Assembly: GCA_964401005.1 (NCBI GenBank)
Contig: CAYNWX010000022.1
Coordinates: forward strand, 1-60,292
Direction: 5' to 3'
From: an uncultured Natronohydrobacter sp.
GTDB lineage: Bacteria > Pseudomonadota > Alphaproteobacteria > Rhodobacterales > Rhodobacteraceae
Length of the DNA: 60,292 bases
Shown here piece by piece: positions 29,401 to 39,962 of this stretch. The notes under the pieces were generated by a model. It was not told the origin of the DNA and did no database searches. It was given only the letters and a program-made list of their open reading frames with translations. Position 1 is the stretch's first letter. Every line of letters begins with the position of its first letter. Made by a program: the position numbers and the translations under genes.

Positions 29401-30692
29401 CAATCCTCGAAGGGGTCTGTGACTAGGATAGTGTCTTCGCGTTCCGGTGACGTGCTAAGTAGCGCGACGGGACAGCCGATCAACTCTTCCACCCGGCGGA
29501 CATATTTGATGGCATTGGCGGGCAGATCGGCCCATGACCGCGCGCCCTCGGTCGATTCTGACCAACCCGGCATCTCCTCATAGACAGGCGTGCAGCGGGC
29601 TTGCGCCTCTGCCGCCGTGGGCAAGTAATCCAGAACAGCGCCGTCCAGATCGTAGCCCACGCAGATTTTCAGCACCTCAAACCCGTCCAGAACATCGAGC
29701 TTCGTGAGCGCAATACCGTTCACGCCCGACGTGGCGCAGGTCTGGCGCACAAGGCAGGCATCGAACCAACCGCAGCGGCGCTTGCGCCCCGTGGTGGTGC
29801 CGAATTCATGCCCACGCTCGCCCAGCCGCTGACCGTCATCGTCCAACAATTCGGTCGGGAACGGTCCTTCGCCCACGCGGGTGGTGTAGGCTTTGACAAT
29901 GCCCAGCACGAAATCAATCGCGCCGGGGCCAACGCCCACGCCCGTCGCCGCCTGCCCTGCGATCACGTTGGACGAGGTGACGAAGGGGTAAGTGCCGAAA
30001 TCCACATCCAGAAGCGCGCCCTGTGCGCCCTCAAACAGAATGCGCTTTCCGGCCTTGCGCTTGTCTTGCAGCACCTTCCAGACAGGCGCGGCGAAGGGCA
30101 GGATTTGCGGCGCAATCTCACGCAGGCTGGCAAGCAAGGCGGCGCGGTCGATTTCCGGCAGCCCCAAGCCCCGGCGCAGCGCGTCGTGATGCACCAAAGC
30201 GCGGTCCACGCGCAGTTCCAGCGTGGCGTCATCGGCCAGATCGGCCACGCGGATCACGCGGCGACCCACCTTGTCTTCGTAGGCCGGGCCAATACCGCGC
30301 CCGGTTGTGCCGATTTTAGCAACCGAGTTCTGGCTTTCGCGGGCACGGTCCAGTTCACCGTGAAACGGCAGGATCAACGGCGTGTTCTCCGCGATCATCA
30401 ACGTCTCTGGCGTGATCTCGACCCCTTGGGCGCGGATCGTCTCAATCTCTTTGACCAAATGCCAAGGGTCCAGCACCACGCCATTTCCGATGACCGACAG
30501 CTTGCCACCCCGCACCACACCCGAGGGCAGCGCGTGCAGCTTGTAGACCTTGCCGTCAATGACCAGCGTGTGCCCGGCATTGTGACCGCCCTGAAACCGC
30601 GCCACCACATCGGCGCGTTCGGACAACCAATCGACAATCTTGCCCTTGCCTTCGTCGCCCCATTGAGCGCCGACAACCACGACATTGGCCAT
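29400..30692 (-). CDS. purA: Adenylosuccinate synthase
   Basis: [33 protein letters not shown]. Confidence 0.99.
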   Translation of the reverse strand: MANVVVVGAQWGDEGKGKIVDWLSERADVVARFQGGHNAGHTLVIDGKVYKLHALPSGVVRGGKLSVIGNGVVLDPWHLVKEIETIRAQGVEITPETLMIAENTPLILPFHGELDRARESQNSVAKIGTTGRGIGPAYEDKVGRRVIRVADLADDATLELRVDRALVHHDALRRGLGLPEIDRAALLASLREIAPQILPFAAPVWKVLQDKRKAGKRILFEGAQGALLDVDFGTYPFVTSSNVIAGQAATGVGVGPGAIDFVLGIVKAYTTRVGEGPFPTELLDDDGQRLGERGHEFGTTTGRKRRCGWFDACLVRQTCATSGVNGIALTKLDVLDGFEVLKICVGYDLDGAVLDYLPTAAEAQARCTPVYEEMPGWSESTEGARSWADLPANAIKYVRRVEELIGCPVALLSTSPEREDTILVTDPFED

Positions 30693-30845
30693 TCCCGGAC
30701 CCTTCCTTGCTGAAACCGTCCCGGTCTTACCCTGTTGCGGCGGTGCGGAAAACCCGAAACTGAGGGTTTTCCCCCTGCGATGCGGGGTTGCAGGCGGCTT
30801 TCGCAACCCCTAAGTAAGCCGGATAAGCGAAGAGCGGGTTTCCTG

Positions 30846-31208
30846 ATGCAAAATGTCGTGCTGATCGTTCATCTTCTGCTGGCGCTGTCCTTGATCGGCG
30901 TCGTGCTGGTGCAACGCTCCGAAGGGGGCGGTCTGGGCATTGGCGGTGGCGATGGCAATCCGCAAGCCGGTCGCCCGCCGCTGACGGCGATGGCCAAGCT
31001 GACATGGGGTCTGGCGATCGCGTTCATCTGCACGTCGTTGTTCCTGACGGTTCTGGCCGCGCAGCAATCGGCCAGTACCTCGGTTCTGGACCGCCTTGGC
31101 GTGCCTGCCCCGGCAGAAGCACCTGTGGCGCCCGATCTGCCCACCGCAGACAGTCTGCTGCCACCCAGCCTGACCGACGATTCGCTGGCACCACCCCCGG
31201 CGGAGTAA
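30846..31208 (+). CDS. secG: Preprotein translocase SecG
   Basis: LIGVVLVQRSEGGGLG; two TMs; precedes pyrG. Confidence 0.95.
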   Translation: MQNVVLIVHLLLALSLIGVVLVQRSEGGGLGIGGGDGNPQAGRPPLTAMAKLTWGLAIAFICTSLFLTVLAAQQSASTSVLDRLGVPAPAEAPVAPDLPTADSLLPPSLTDDSLAPPPAE

Positions 31209-31219
31209 GTCGCACCCGC

Positions 31220-31312
31220 TTGCGGGCGGGGATTATCTCGGGTAAGGCAATACTCCCGTGAAGGTGTGCCGTTTTGCGCGCCGTTTTCCAAACCTGACAC
31301 TTCACGGGGAGG
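31220..31312 (+). promoter_or_regulatory. Candidate pyrG promoter and leader hairpin
   Basis: TTGCGG-17-TAAGGC, then TCCCGTGAAG (31254-63) pairing with CTTCACGGGG (31300-09), which overlaps GGAGG. Confidence 0.55.
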
Positions 31313-31325
31313 TCCGAGCAGACCC

Positions 31326-32969
31326 ATGGCGCGTTATATTTTCATTACCGGTGGTGTCGTCTCTAGCCTCGGCAAGGGTCTGGCCTCTGCGGCTTTGGGG
31401 GCTTTGTTGCAAGCGCGCGGTTTCACCGTTCGGCTGCGCAAGCTGGACCCCTATCTGAACGTAGACCCCGGCACGATGTCGCCGTTTGAACATGGCGAGG
31501 TCTTCGTCACCGATGACGGCGCGGAAACCGATCTGGACCTTGGGCATTACGAGCGTTTCACCGGGGTCGCCGCACGGCGCACCGATTCGGTGTCGTCGGG
31601 GCGGATTTATTCCAACGTTCTGGAGAAAGAGCGCCGTGGTGATTACCTTGGCCGGACCATTCAGGTCATCCCGCATGTGACCAATGAAATCAAAGGCTTC
31701 TTGGCGATTGGCGAAGATGAGGTCGATTTCATGCTGTGCGAGATTGGCGGCACGGTAGGTGACATTGAAGGCCTGCCGTTCTTTGAAGCCATCCGCCAAT
31801 TCAGCCATGAACGCCCGCGCGGCCAGTGTATTTTCATGCATCTGACCCTGCTGCCCTATCTGGCGGCGTCGGGGGAATTGAAGACGAAGCCGACCCAGCA
31901 CTCGGTCAAGGAATTGCAAAGCATCGGCATCGCGCCCGATGTGCTGGTCTGCCGGTCCGAGCACCCGATCCCGGAAAAGGAACGCCAGAAAATCGCGCTG
32001 TTCTGCAATGTCCGGCCCGAAGCGGTGATCCCGGCCTATGACCTGAAATCCATCTATGAAGCGCCGCTTGCCTATCATGAAGCGGGGCTTGACCAAGCCG
32101 TGCTGGACGCTTTCGGCATTAACCCCGCGCCGCGCCCGCAGCTTGACCGCTGGCATGATGTGATGGACCGCTTGCAGCACCCAGAGGGCGAAGTCCGCAT
32201 CGCCATCGTGGGCAAATATGTGCAGCTTGAAGACGCTTACAAATCCATCAAGGAAGCGCTTGTGCACGGCGGCATCGCAAACCGCGTCAAGGTGCAGGTG
32301 GATTGGATCGACGCAGAGGTGTTCGACAGCGAAGACCCGTCAAGCGCGCTAGAACCCTATCATGCGATCCTGGTGCCCGGCGGCTTTGGCGAACGCGGTA
32401 CCGAAGGCAAGATCCGCGCCGCCACCTATGCGCGGACCAAGAAAATCCCCTATTTCGGGATCTGTCTGGGCATGCAGATGGCCTGTATCGAGGCTGCGCG
32501 CAACTTGGCGGGCATTGCCGATGCCGGGTCCGAGGAATTTGACCACGAAGCTGGCCAAAAGCGTTTCACGCCCGTGGTTTACCACCTGAAAGAATGGGTG
32601 CAGGGCAATCATAAGGTTGAACGCAAGCTAGGCGACGACAAGGGTGGCACCATGCGGCTTGGGTCGTATAACGCCAACCTGCTGGAAGGCTCGCGCGTGG
32701 CGGAAATTTACGGCACCACCCGGATCGAGGAACGTCACCGTCATCGCTACGAAGTGGACACGAAATTCCGCAAAGCCTTGGAAGACAAGGGCCTGTGCTT
32801 CTCTGGCCTGTCGCCCGACGGTAGCCTGCCCGAGATCGTGGAATATGCCGACCACCCGTGGTTCATTGGCGTGCAGTTCCATCCCGAACTGAAATCAAAA
32901 CCGTTCGAGCCGCATCCACTCTTTGCCGATTTCGTGCGCGCGGCGGTTGAGGTGTCGCGGCTGGTCTAG
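31326..32969 (+). CDS. pyrG: CTP synthase
   Basis: [38 protein letters not shown]. Confidence 0.99.
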   Translation: MARYIFITGGVVSSLGKGLASAALGALLQARGFTVRLRKLDPYLNVDPGTMSPFEHGEVFVTDDGAETDLDLGHYERFTGVAARRTDSVSSGRIYSNVLEKERRGDYLGRTIQVIPHVTNEIKGFLAIGEDEVDFMLCEIGGTVGDIEGLPFFEAIRQFSHERPRGQCIFMHLTLLPYLAASGELKTKPTQHSVKELQSIGIAPDVLVCRSEHPIPEKERQKIALFCNVRPEAVIPAYDLKSIYEAPLAYHEAGLDQAVLDAFGINPAPRPQLDRWHDVMDRLQHPEGEVRIAIVGKYVQLEDAYKSIKEALVHGGIANRVKVQVDWIDAEVFDSEDPSSALEPYHAILVPGGFGERGTEGKIRAATYARTKKIPYFGICLGMQMACIEAARNLAGIADAGSEEFDHEAGQKRFTPVVYHLKEWVQGNHKVERKLGDDKGGTMRLGSYNANLLEGSRVAEIYGTTRIEERHRHRYEVDTKFRKALEDKGLCFSGLSPDGSLPEIVEYADHPWFIGVQFHPELKSKPFEPHPLFADFVRAAVEVSRLV

Positions 32970-33047
32970 GCTGCGACGGGATTTCCCCTTTCGCATGGGT
33001 GACATTCGGGCATAGTGCAGGAAATGTATTCTCCCGGAGGTTCACCC

Positions 33048-33512
33048 ATGTCCAACGCCGTTGAAACCCGCATTGCAGAGCTTGGCCTGACCCTGCCTGA
33101 CGCACCCGCGCCTGCGGCGAATTATGTGCCGTTTGTTCAAAGCGGGTCGTTGGTGTTTGTCTCTGGCCAGATCTCCAGCGGGCCCAATGGGCTCATTTGC
33201 GGGAAGTTGGGTGCTGAAACCACACTCGAAGAGGGTGTAACCGCTGCCCGCGCCTGCGGTCTTGCGCTGATCGCCCAGCTGCGCGCGGCGTGCGGCGGCG
33301 ATCTGACCCGCGTGAAACGCGTTGTCAAGTTGACGGGGTTCGTGAATTGCACCGCTGATTTTACCGACCAGCCCAAGGTGGTGAATGGCTGTTCCGACCT
33401 GATGGTCGCGGTCTTTGGCGAAGCGGGGCGCCATGCCCGCGCCGCTGTGGGCGCGCCCAGCCTGCCCTTGGGTGTGGCGGTCGAGATTGAAGGCATATTC
33501 GAGATTGGCTGA
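33048..33512 (+). CDS. RidA family protein
   Basis: PAPAANYVP, VSGQ, NGCSDL, GRHARAAVG, VEIE; GGAGG RBS. Confidence 0.92.
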   Translation: MSNAVETRIAELGLTLPDAPAPAANYVPFVQSGSLVFVSGQISSGPNGLICGKLGAETTLEEGVTAARACGLALIAQLRAACGGDLTRVKRVVKLTGFVNCTADFTDQPKVVNGCSDLMVAVFGEAGRHARAAVGAPSLPLGVAVEIEGIFEIG

Positions 33513-34254
33513 CCTGCCCGATATCTTTCTGGCCCGCCCCATCGCGCATCGCGCATTGCATGGGCGCGTTGGGCCGGAGAATTCCCGCGCGGCCATCGCG
33601 GCAGCTATATCAGCGGGCTACGGGATAGAGATTGACCTGCAAGCCAGTCGCGACGGCGTGGCGATGGTGTTCCATGACGAAGAGCTCAATCGGTTGACCC
33701 GCGCCAAGGGCTTGGCCGCCGCCCGGACACGGGCAGAATTAACCCGCCTGCGCCTGCGCGGCACATCTGAACGCATCCCGACGCTGCGCGAGGTTTTGGC
33801 GCTGGTGGCAGGCCGCGCGCCCCTACTGATCGAAATCAAGGACCAAAGCGGCCATCTTGGCCCGGTCAATGGACGGCTGGAGGCCGACACTGCCAAAGCG
33901 CTGGCGGAGTATAAAGGCCCTGTCGTGGTCATGTCCTTTAACCCGCACAGCATGGCCGCCATGGCGCGGCTTGCCCCGAATGTTCCGCGCGGGCTGGTCA
34001 CATGTGCCTTTTCGTCCGAAGACTGGCCAGATGTGCCGCCCGCACGCCGCGCCGAACTGGCGACATTGGAGGCGGTCTCAGAAACGGGGGCCAGCTTCAT
34101 CTCGCATGATTGGCGGGCGCTGGGCATGGCCCCGGTTTCCAAGCTGAAAGCACAAGGCATGCCAATCTTGTGCTGGACAATCCGCAATGCCGCACAGGAA
34201 ACGCAGGCCCGACGGGTCGCAGACAATATCACCTTCGAAGGTTATACCCCATAG
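33505..34254 (+). CDS. Glycerophosphodiester phosphodiesterase family protein
   Basis: IAHRALH, ENS, IEIDLQ, VFHD, LIEIK, ADNITFEGY; TTG start inferred. Confidence 0.9.
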   Translation: MADLPDIFLARPIAHRALHGRVGPENSRAAIAAAISAGYGIEIDLQASRDGVAMVFHDEELNRLTRAKGLAAARTRAELTRLRLRGTSERIPTLREVLALVAGRAPLLIEIKDQSGHLGPVNGRLEADTAKALAEYKGPVVVMSFNPHSMAAMARLAPNVPRGLVTCAFSSEDWPDVPPARRAELATLEAVSETGASFISHDWRALGMAPVSKLKAQGMPILCWTIRNAAQETQARRVADNITFEGYTP

Positions 34255-34874
34255 CGCGCCATGAACGTGGCGACTGCCCCACCCAGAACACGCTCAATTT
34301 CTGCATCGGTGAACGTGTATTGCACGCCGCAGATCATACGGTCGCAAATGGTCGTTTGGCACAATTGAAAGAACTGATCGGCGGCAAGGTCAATGTCATC
34401 CACCCGCAACACGCCGCGGGCCGTTGCATCATGCAGATAGGACCCGAAACAAGCGCGGCCCATTTCAGGCCCGCCTTCGTAAAACGCGCGGCCAATCTCT
34501 GGAAAGCGCGGGGTCTCTGATACGCAGATCCGATACATCGCCAGCGCGAAATCCGATGTGAGGTAATCCAGCATCCGCCGCCCCGCATCATGCAGCGCGC
34601 GTTCTGGCGGCAAATGAGCGTCGGTCAATTCCACTGCCGACTCGGCCAGTTTCAGCATTTCGGCCCGATACATGGCCGTGAACAATTCGCGCTTATCGGC
34701 GAAATAGCTGTAGACGGTGGCCTTGGACACAGCAGCTGCGCGTGCAATCTCGTCCATGCTGGCGCGTTCATAGCCTTCGGCCACGAACACGGCGCGCGCG
34801 CCATCAAGCACTTGGCGCACCTTGCGACCTTGCGGAATGGCAATCTCTGCCACGGTGATGTTTTCGTTTGCCAT
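34242..34874 (-). CDS. TetR/AcrR family regulator
   Basis: GYERASMDEIARAAAVSKATVYSYFADK HTH. Confidence 0.93.
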   Translation of the reverse strand: MANENITVAEIAIPQGRKVRQVLDGARAVFVAEGYERASMDEIARAAAVSKATVYSYFADKRELFTAMYRAEMLKLAESAVELTDAHLPPERALHDAGRRMLDYLTSDFALAMYRICVSETPRFPEIGRAFYEGGPEMGRACFGSYLHDATARGVLRVDDIDLAADQFFQLCQTTICDRMICGVQYTFTDAEIERVLGGAVATFMARYGV

Positions 34875-34957
34875 GAACCACAGATAGGCGCTTGCGCGGT
34901 CCAAGGAAAGCAGTTCCGCTAGCAGGCACCTATGGGCCATGTTAACAGGTTCACGAT

Positions 34958-35887
34958 ATGCTGACGATCTTTCTGGAAACCCTGCCGTTCTTTGCTCTCA
35001 TCGGCCTTGGCCTTGGGGCGGCGCGGTTTGGCTTTTTCCCACCAGAGGCGACCGGCTACCTGACGAAATTCGTCTTTTACTTCGCGCTCTCGGCGCTTTT
35101 GTTCGGCTTCTCGGCCAATCTGGGCATAGATGAAATTTGGCAACCGCGCGTCATTGCGGCCTACCTTCTGGCCTGTCTGACGGTTTACCTTGCGGTGATG
35201 GTCATTGCGTTTCTGCGCCGCGCCAGCCTGTCAGAGGCCACGATCGAAGCGCAATGCGGAATTATTGGGAATACAGGCTTTATGGGCCTGCCGATGCTGG
35301 CACTGCTGCTGGGACCGCAATCGGTGCCTTACATGCTCATCATCCTGTCGGTAGATCTGGTCATCTTTTCGTCGCTGTTCACCATGATGATTACGCTGGC
35401 GCGCCAAGGCCAAATTGACCGCGCGCTGCCGTTGAAGCTGTTGGGCGCGGTGGCGCGCAACCCGATGGTCGCAGCCATGGTGCTTGGTCTGACATGGGCC
35501 AGCACCGGCATCACGTTGCCTGCGCCAGTGAATGACACGCTGACGCTGCTGGGCGCAGCCGCGACACCCGGCGCGCTGTTCGCTATTGGCGCATCGCTTG
35601 CCGACAAACGGGTGGAACGCTTGGGCATTGTCAGTTGGCTGACCTTCGTGAAGTTGGGGCTGCACCCGGCGGTGGTGGCCCTGTTCGCGCTGGTGGTGTT
35701 CCGGCTGGACCCGGTTGCCAGCGCCGTGCTGATTGCAGGTGCGGCACTCCCAGTCGCCGGCAACGTGTTCATTCTGGCGCAACACTATAATGCGGGGCCA
35801 GCGCGCGTTTCGGCCACGATCCTTGTTTCGACCCTGATCAGCATGGCAACCATCCCACTGGTCGTTGCATGGGTCAGCGCCTTCTGA
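34958..35887 (+). CDS. AEC family transporter
   Basis: LTKFVFYFALSALLF, NTGFMGLP, NPMV, ALPVAGN. Confidence 0.92.
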   Translation: MLTIFLETLPFFALIGLGLGAARFGFFPPEATGYLTKFVFYFALSALLFGFSANLGIDEIWQPRVIAAYLLACLTVYLAVMVIAFLRRASLSEATIEAQCGIIGNTGFMGLPMLALLLGPQSVPYMLIILSVDLVIFSSLFTMMITLARQGQIDRALPLKLLGAVARNPMVAAMVLGLTWASTGITLPAPVNDTLTLLGAAATPGALFAIGASLADKRVERLGIVSWLTFVKLGLHPAVVALFALVVFRLDPVASAVLIAGAALPVAGNVFILAQHYNAGPARVSATILVSTLISMATIPLVVAWVSAF

Positions 35888-35913
35888 CAGGGTGCCACAA
35901 AAAGGGAAGCACC

Positions 35914-36744
35914 ATGGAAACCATATCCGAAAACCGCTGCTTCGGCGGTGTCCAAGGCGTCTATCGCCATCCGTCACACGCCACCGGCTGTGACATGACC
36001 TTTGGCCTGTTCCTGCCTGCCGAGGCTGCCCTGCACCCGGTGCCACTGCTGTGGTATCTGTCCGGGCTGACCTGTACGCATGAAAACGCCATGACCAAGG
36101 CGGGGCTACAGGCCCACGCGGCCGCGCATGGCTTGGCCGTGGTGTTTCCTGACACCAGCCCGCGCGGCGAAGGCGTGGCTGATGATGCGGCCTATGACCT
36201 TGGCCAAGGTGCGGGGTTTTATGTGAACGCCACGCAAGACCCATGGGCGCCGCATTTTCGCATGTGGGATTATATTTCTGACGAGTTGCCGCGCGTGCTG
36301 TTCAACAATTTCGCGCTGGAAGAAGACCGCCAAGCCATAACCGGGCATTCCATGGGCGGGCACGGCGCGCTGACCTTGGCCATGCGGCTGAAGGGACGCT
36401 TCGCCTCTGCCTCTGCTTTTGCGCCGATTGCCAACCCCACCGCCAGCGATTGGGGCCGCAAGCAGTTCACAGCCTATCTTGGCCCGGACGAGGGCGCTTG
36501 GGTAGCCCATGACACAACATTACTGATGCAGGCTGATGGGTTTGACGGCGAATTGCTGATCGACCAAGGCGCATCGGACCAGTTCTTGCACCTGTTGCGC
36601 CCCGAAACCTTGGCGCAAACCATGGCCGCAAAACGGCAAGCCGGCAGTTTCCGGATGCAGGCAGGCTACGATCACAGTTATTTCTTCGTATCCAGCTTTG
36701 CGGGCGAACACGTCGCGTTTCATGCGCAAGCCTTGGCAAGATAA
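35914..36744 (+). CDS. fghA: S-formylglutathione hydrolase
   Basis: LSGLTCTHEN, PDTSPRG, GHSMGGHGA, GYDHSYFF. Confidence 0.96.
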   Translation: METISENRCFGGVQGVYRHPSHATGCDMTFGLFLPAEAALHPVPLLWYLSGLTCTHENAMTKAGLQAHAAAHGLAVVFPDTSPRGEGVADDAAYDLGQGAGFYVNATQDPWAPHFRMWDYISDELPRVLFNNFALEEDRQAITGHSMGGHGALTLAMRLKGRFASASAFAPIANPTASDWGRKQFTAYLGPDEGAWVAHDTTLLMQADGFDGELLIDQGASDQFLHLLRPETLAQTMAAKRQAGSFRMQAGYDHSYFFVSSFAGEHVAFHAQALAR

Positions 36745-36827
36745 AGACTGTCACCCCCTGACATAACCTGCAATCCGGCTTTGAATAAGATCGGAATCAA
36801 ACACGCAAAACGTGTATTAGGTGCCTT

Positions 36828-37748
36828 ATGACCCCTGTTTTTATTGGCCCAGAAATAGAAGCACGGCTTGACTGGCTGGAACTGATTGCTGCGCTTGAAG
36901 CCGGACATAACCTGCCAAAAGCCAGCATAACCGACAGTTTCTTATATCGTGGCGCAGATACACTGCTGTCGCGGGCCGCTTGGATTGACGGGCTGGGATC
37001 GCTGGTCAAAACCGCCACGATTTTTCCGGGAAATGTCGGCCTCAATATACCGAACGTAAACGGCGCCGCAGCGATCTTTTCCGACACAAGCGGCGAATTG
37101 TCCGCCTTTGTTGACTTTCACCTGCTGACCAAATGGAAAACCGCAGGCGATAGTTTGTTCGCCGCCAGCAAGCTTGCCCGGCCAGACAGTCGCAAGATTA
37201 CCCTGATAGGCGCGGGCGCAGTTTCGCGCAGCATGCAGGCGGCCTATTCCGCGCTGTTTCCGCAGGCCGTGTTCACAATCTGGAACCGCAACCCGCAAGC
37301 CGCGCAGGACATGGCGCGCGGCTTGCCTCGGTGCGTTGCAAGCTTGGACCTGCAAGGTGCGGTGGCACAAGCCGACATTATCTGTTGTGCCACAATGAGC
37401 ACTTCGCCGGTGTTGCAGGGCGCGTGGCTGCGACCGGGCCAGCATATTGACCTAATAGGCGCCTTTCGGCCCGATATGCGCGAGGCAGACGATACTGCCC
37501 TAAAACGCGCGGCGCTCTTTGTGGACAGCTTCGACACCACGCTTGACCATATCGGAGAGCTGAAAATACCGCTGGCGCAGGGCGCAATTGCGCGCAAAGA
37601 TATTCAGGCAGATTTTTATGGCGTTGCCAATGGCTGCTTTTCGCGACCTTCCGCAGAAGCCATCACGATCTGCAAAAATGGCGGCGGTGCGCATCTGGAT
37701 TTAATGACCAGTCAATATATTCTGGAAAAGTGGTATGAAAGTCGGTGA
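36828..37748 (+). CDS. Ornithine cyclodeaminase/mu-crystallin family protein
   Basis: LLTKWKTAGDS, IGAG, ADIICCAT, HIDLIGAF, KNGGGAHLDL. Confidence 0.9.
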   Translation: MTPVFIGPEIEARLDWLELIAALEAGHNLPKASITDSFLYRGADTLLSRAAWIDGLGSLVKTATIFPGNVGLNIPNVNGAAAIFSDTSGELSAFVDFHLLTKWKTAGDSLFAASKLARPDSRKITLIGAGAVSRSMQAAYSALFPQAVFTIWNRNPQAAQDMARGLPRCVASLDLQGAVAQADIICCATMSTSPVLQGAWLRPGQHIDLIGAFRPDMREADDTALKRAALFVDSFDTTLDHIGELKIPLAQGAIARKDIQADFYGVANGCFSRPSAEAITICKNGGGAHLDLMTSQYILEKWYESR

Positions 37749-37817
37749 AATGACTTTTGCTTGCATATTTAGATGGAATAGCGCACAAAAAATAGAACCT
37801 AACAATCGGATGACACC

Positions 37818-38129
37818 ATGATTGATCTTGATACACTTTCACTTTCCGAACTGAAGAAGCTGCAAAAAGACGTGACAAAGGCCATCGAGACCTTTGAGGA
37901 GCGCGAAATGAAAGCCGCTGCCGCAGAAGCCGAAGCGCTTTTGCGTGAGCGCGGGTTTACTCTGGCGCAAATCTTGGAATTGGGCGTCAGTAAGCCCCGC
38001 GCCAAAGTTGCCCCGAAATATGCCAACCCCGCCGATTCCAGCCAGACTTGGACAGGCCGCGGGCGCAAGCCGCTTTGGGTGGTAGAGGCGCTGGCTTCGG
38101 GCAAATCCCTAGACGATTTGGCCATTTGA
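37818..38129 (+). CDS. hns: H-NS family nucleoid protein (HvrA/Spb-like)
   Basis: PKYANP...QTWTGRGRKPLW. Confidence 0.93.
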   Translation: MIDLDTLSLSELKKLQKDVTKAIETFEEREMKAAAAEAEALLRERGFTLAQILELGVSKPRAKVAPKYANPADSSQTWTGRGRKPLWVVEALASGKSLDDLAI

Positions 38130-38980
38130 GCGCACCCGGCGATAGCGCGCGGTTTTTGCTGACGCTTTACCGCGTCAGCGAAAAGCGCAATATCGGACTG
38201 ATTGCGGCAGGCGTGGCGTTTTTTGCCCTTCTCGCCGTATTTCCCGGTCTTGCAGCGTTGATCGCGCTCTTTGGCTTTTTTGCCGATCCGCTGATTATCC
38301 AAGACCAACTCGCGCTCATGGCAGACCTTATGCCGCCTGCTGCGCATGTGCTGCTGACCAATCAGGTGACGCGGCTGGTCTGGGCGGGCGAAGGCGCGCT
38401 TGGCGTGACCACTCTTTTGTCGGTCACTGTGGCGCTGTTTCTGGCCCGCAGGGGCGTGGATGCCCTATTGAAAGGCCTGAACGCGGTCTATGGCGGGCGC
38501 AAGCGCTCTGGCTTGGCGCAGGCGGGCGCGGTGCTTGTCATCACGCTGGGCATGATGCTGGCCGGGATCGTTGCGCTGCTGGCCATTTTGGTCATGCCCG
38601 TTGTGCTTGCCTTTTTCCCGCTGGGCGGGCTTGCCGGATGGCTGGCGCTCGCCGCACGGTGGGCGGTGGCTTTGGGAATGATAGCACTTTGGCTGTGGGT
38701 ATTTTACCGCATCGGGCCAAACCGGCCTACACCACGCCTTTGGCCGGGGCTGCTAACCGCCTTGTTGCTGTGGGTGGGCGGGTCGGCTGTCTTCTCGCTC
38801 TATATCGGGAATTTCGGCAGTTATAATGAGGTATACGGCTCCATCGGGGCGGTTGTTGCCCTGCTGATGTGGTTCTACCTGTCGGCCTATGTTGTGCTGC
38901 TGGGCGGAGTTGTGAACGCGCTTCTCAGCGCGTCGCAGCGCGCCATGTTGGATGAAACCGACCCGCCGGAGAGCTTGTAA
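38126..38980 (+). CDS. YihY/BrkB family membrane protein
   Basis: AAGVAFFALLAVFP; FGSYNEVYGSIGAVVALLMWFY; TTG start overlapping the hns stop. Confidence 0.9.
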   Translation: MSAPGDSARFLLTLYRVSEKRNIGLIAAGVAFFALLAVFPGLAALIALFGFFADPLIIQDQLALMADLMPPAAHVLLTNQVTRLVWAGEGALGVTTLLSVTVALFLARRGVDALLKGLNAVYGGRKRSGLAQAGAVLVITLGMMLAGIVALLAILVMPVVLAFFPLGGLAGWLALAARWAVALGMIALWLWVFYRIGPNRPTPRLWPGLLTALLLWVGGSAVFSLYIGNFGSYNEVYGSIGAVVALLMWFYLSAYVVLLGGVVNALLSASQRAMLDETDPPESL

Positions 38981-39809
38981 AAATCTCGACCCCGGTATCG
39001 GTAACCCCGACCGAGTGTTCAAACTGTGCCGAGAGCGACTTGTCGCGCGTGACGGCGGTCCAGTCATCCGACAGCACCCGTGTATCCGGCTTGCCCAGAT
39101 TGACCATAGGTTCAATCGTGAAGAACATGCCCGGTTCTAGCACCGGCCCACGGCCTGCGCGCCCGTAATGCAAAACATTGGGCGGCGCGTGAAACACCTG
39201 CCCCAACCCATGCCCACAGAAATCGCGCACCACCGACATGCGCTGGCTTTCAACATAGGCCTGAATGGCATGGCCGATATCACCAAAGGTGTTGCCGGGG
39301 CGCACGGCTTCTATGCCCAACATCAGCGCGTCGTAGGTGACCTGAATCAGCTTTTCGGCGCGGGGCTTCAGCGTGCCGGCAACATACATGCGTGACGTAT
39401 CGCCGAACCAGCCGTCGACGATGACCGTCACATCAATGTTCAGAATATCGCCATCGCGCAGCACGTCATCAGGCCGACGTTTTTCCAGATCGCGCGAGAT
39501 GGTTTCGTCTTTGCCCAGCGGCACAGCAGCACCGGGAATGCCGTGACAGACGACATGATTCAACGAGATGCAGCTTGCGTGCTGATAGCCTCGATAGCCT
39601 ATGGTCGCAGACGTGGCACCAGCCGCCTTCACCCGCGCCTCTATCAGCCGGTCAAGTTCGCCGGTGGTCTGTCCGGGATACACATGCTCAACCATGTCAT
39701 CCAGAATTTGCGCGGCCAGTTGGCCAGCCTTGCGCATGCCCTCGAAATCTCCGGGGCGGTGTAAGCGGATACCGTCTGCGGTCGTTGTGCCGGGAAATGC
39801 GTCGTCCAA
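38925..39809 (-). CDS. map: Type I methionine aminopeptidase
   Basis: VVCHGIPG, DGDILNIDVT, GDTSRM, GHGLG, TIEPM, SAQFEH. Confidence 0.97.
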   Translation of the reverse strand: MDDAFPGTTTADGIRLHRPGDFEGMRKAGQLAAQILDDMVEHVYPGQTTGELDRLIEARVKAAGATSATIGYRGYQHASCISLNHVVCHGIPGAAVPLGKDETISRDLEKRRPDDVLRDGDILNIDVTVIVDGWFGDTSRMYVAGTLKPRAEKLIQVTYDALMLGIEAVRPGNTFGDIGHAIQAYVESQRMSVVRDFCGHGLGQVFHAPPNVLHYGRAGRGPVLEPGMFFTIEPMVNLGKPDTRVLSDDWTAVTRDKSLSAQFEHSVGVTDTGVEIFTSSPAGRFHPTWRAATR

Positions 39810-39962
39810 TGCTGGCCTCCAGTGTCATTGTGCAAGTATAATGATCTCCAAACATGAATGCCAGACATCGAACATGTTTTCGGCAGGCGAGCGCGCTATG
39901 CTCGGATGACAGAGTGATTTTCAGAGGGTAGGGTGTGTGCAGATTTCCGAAACTTGCTTTAG

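Noticed and set aside
39928-39939. Third GTAG-REP copy (GTAGGGTGTGTG)
   Set aside because: It matches one arm only; there is no complementary arm.
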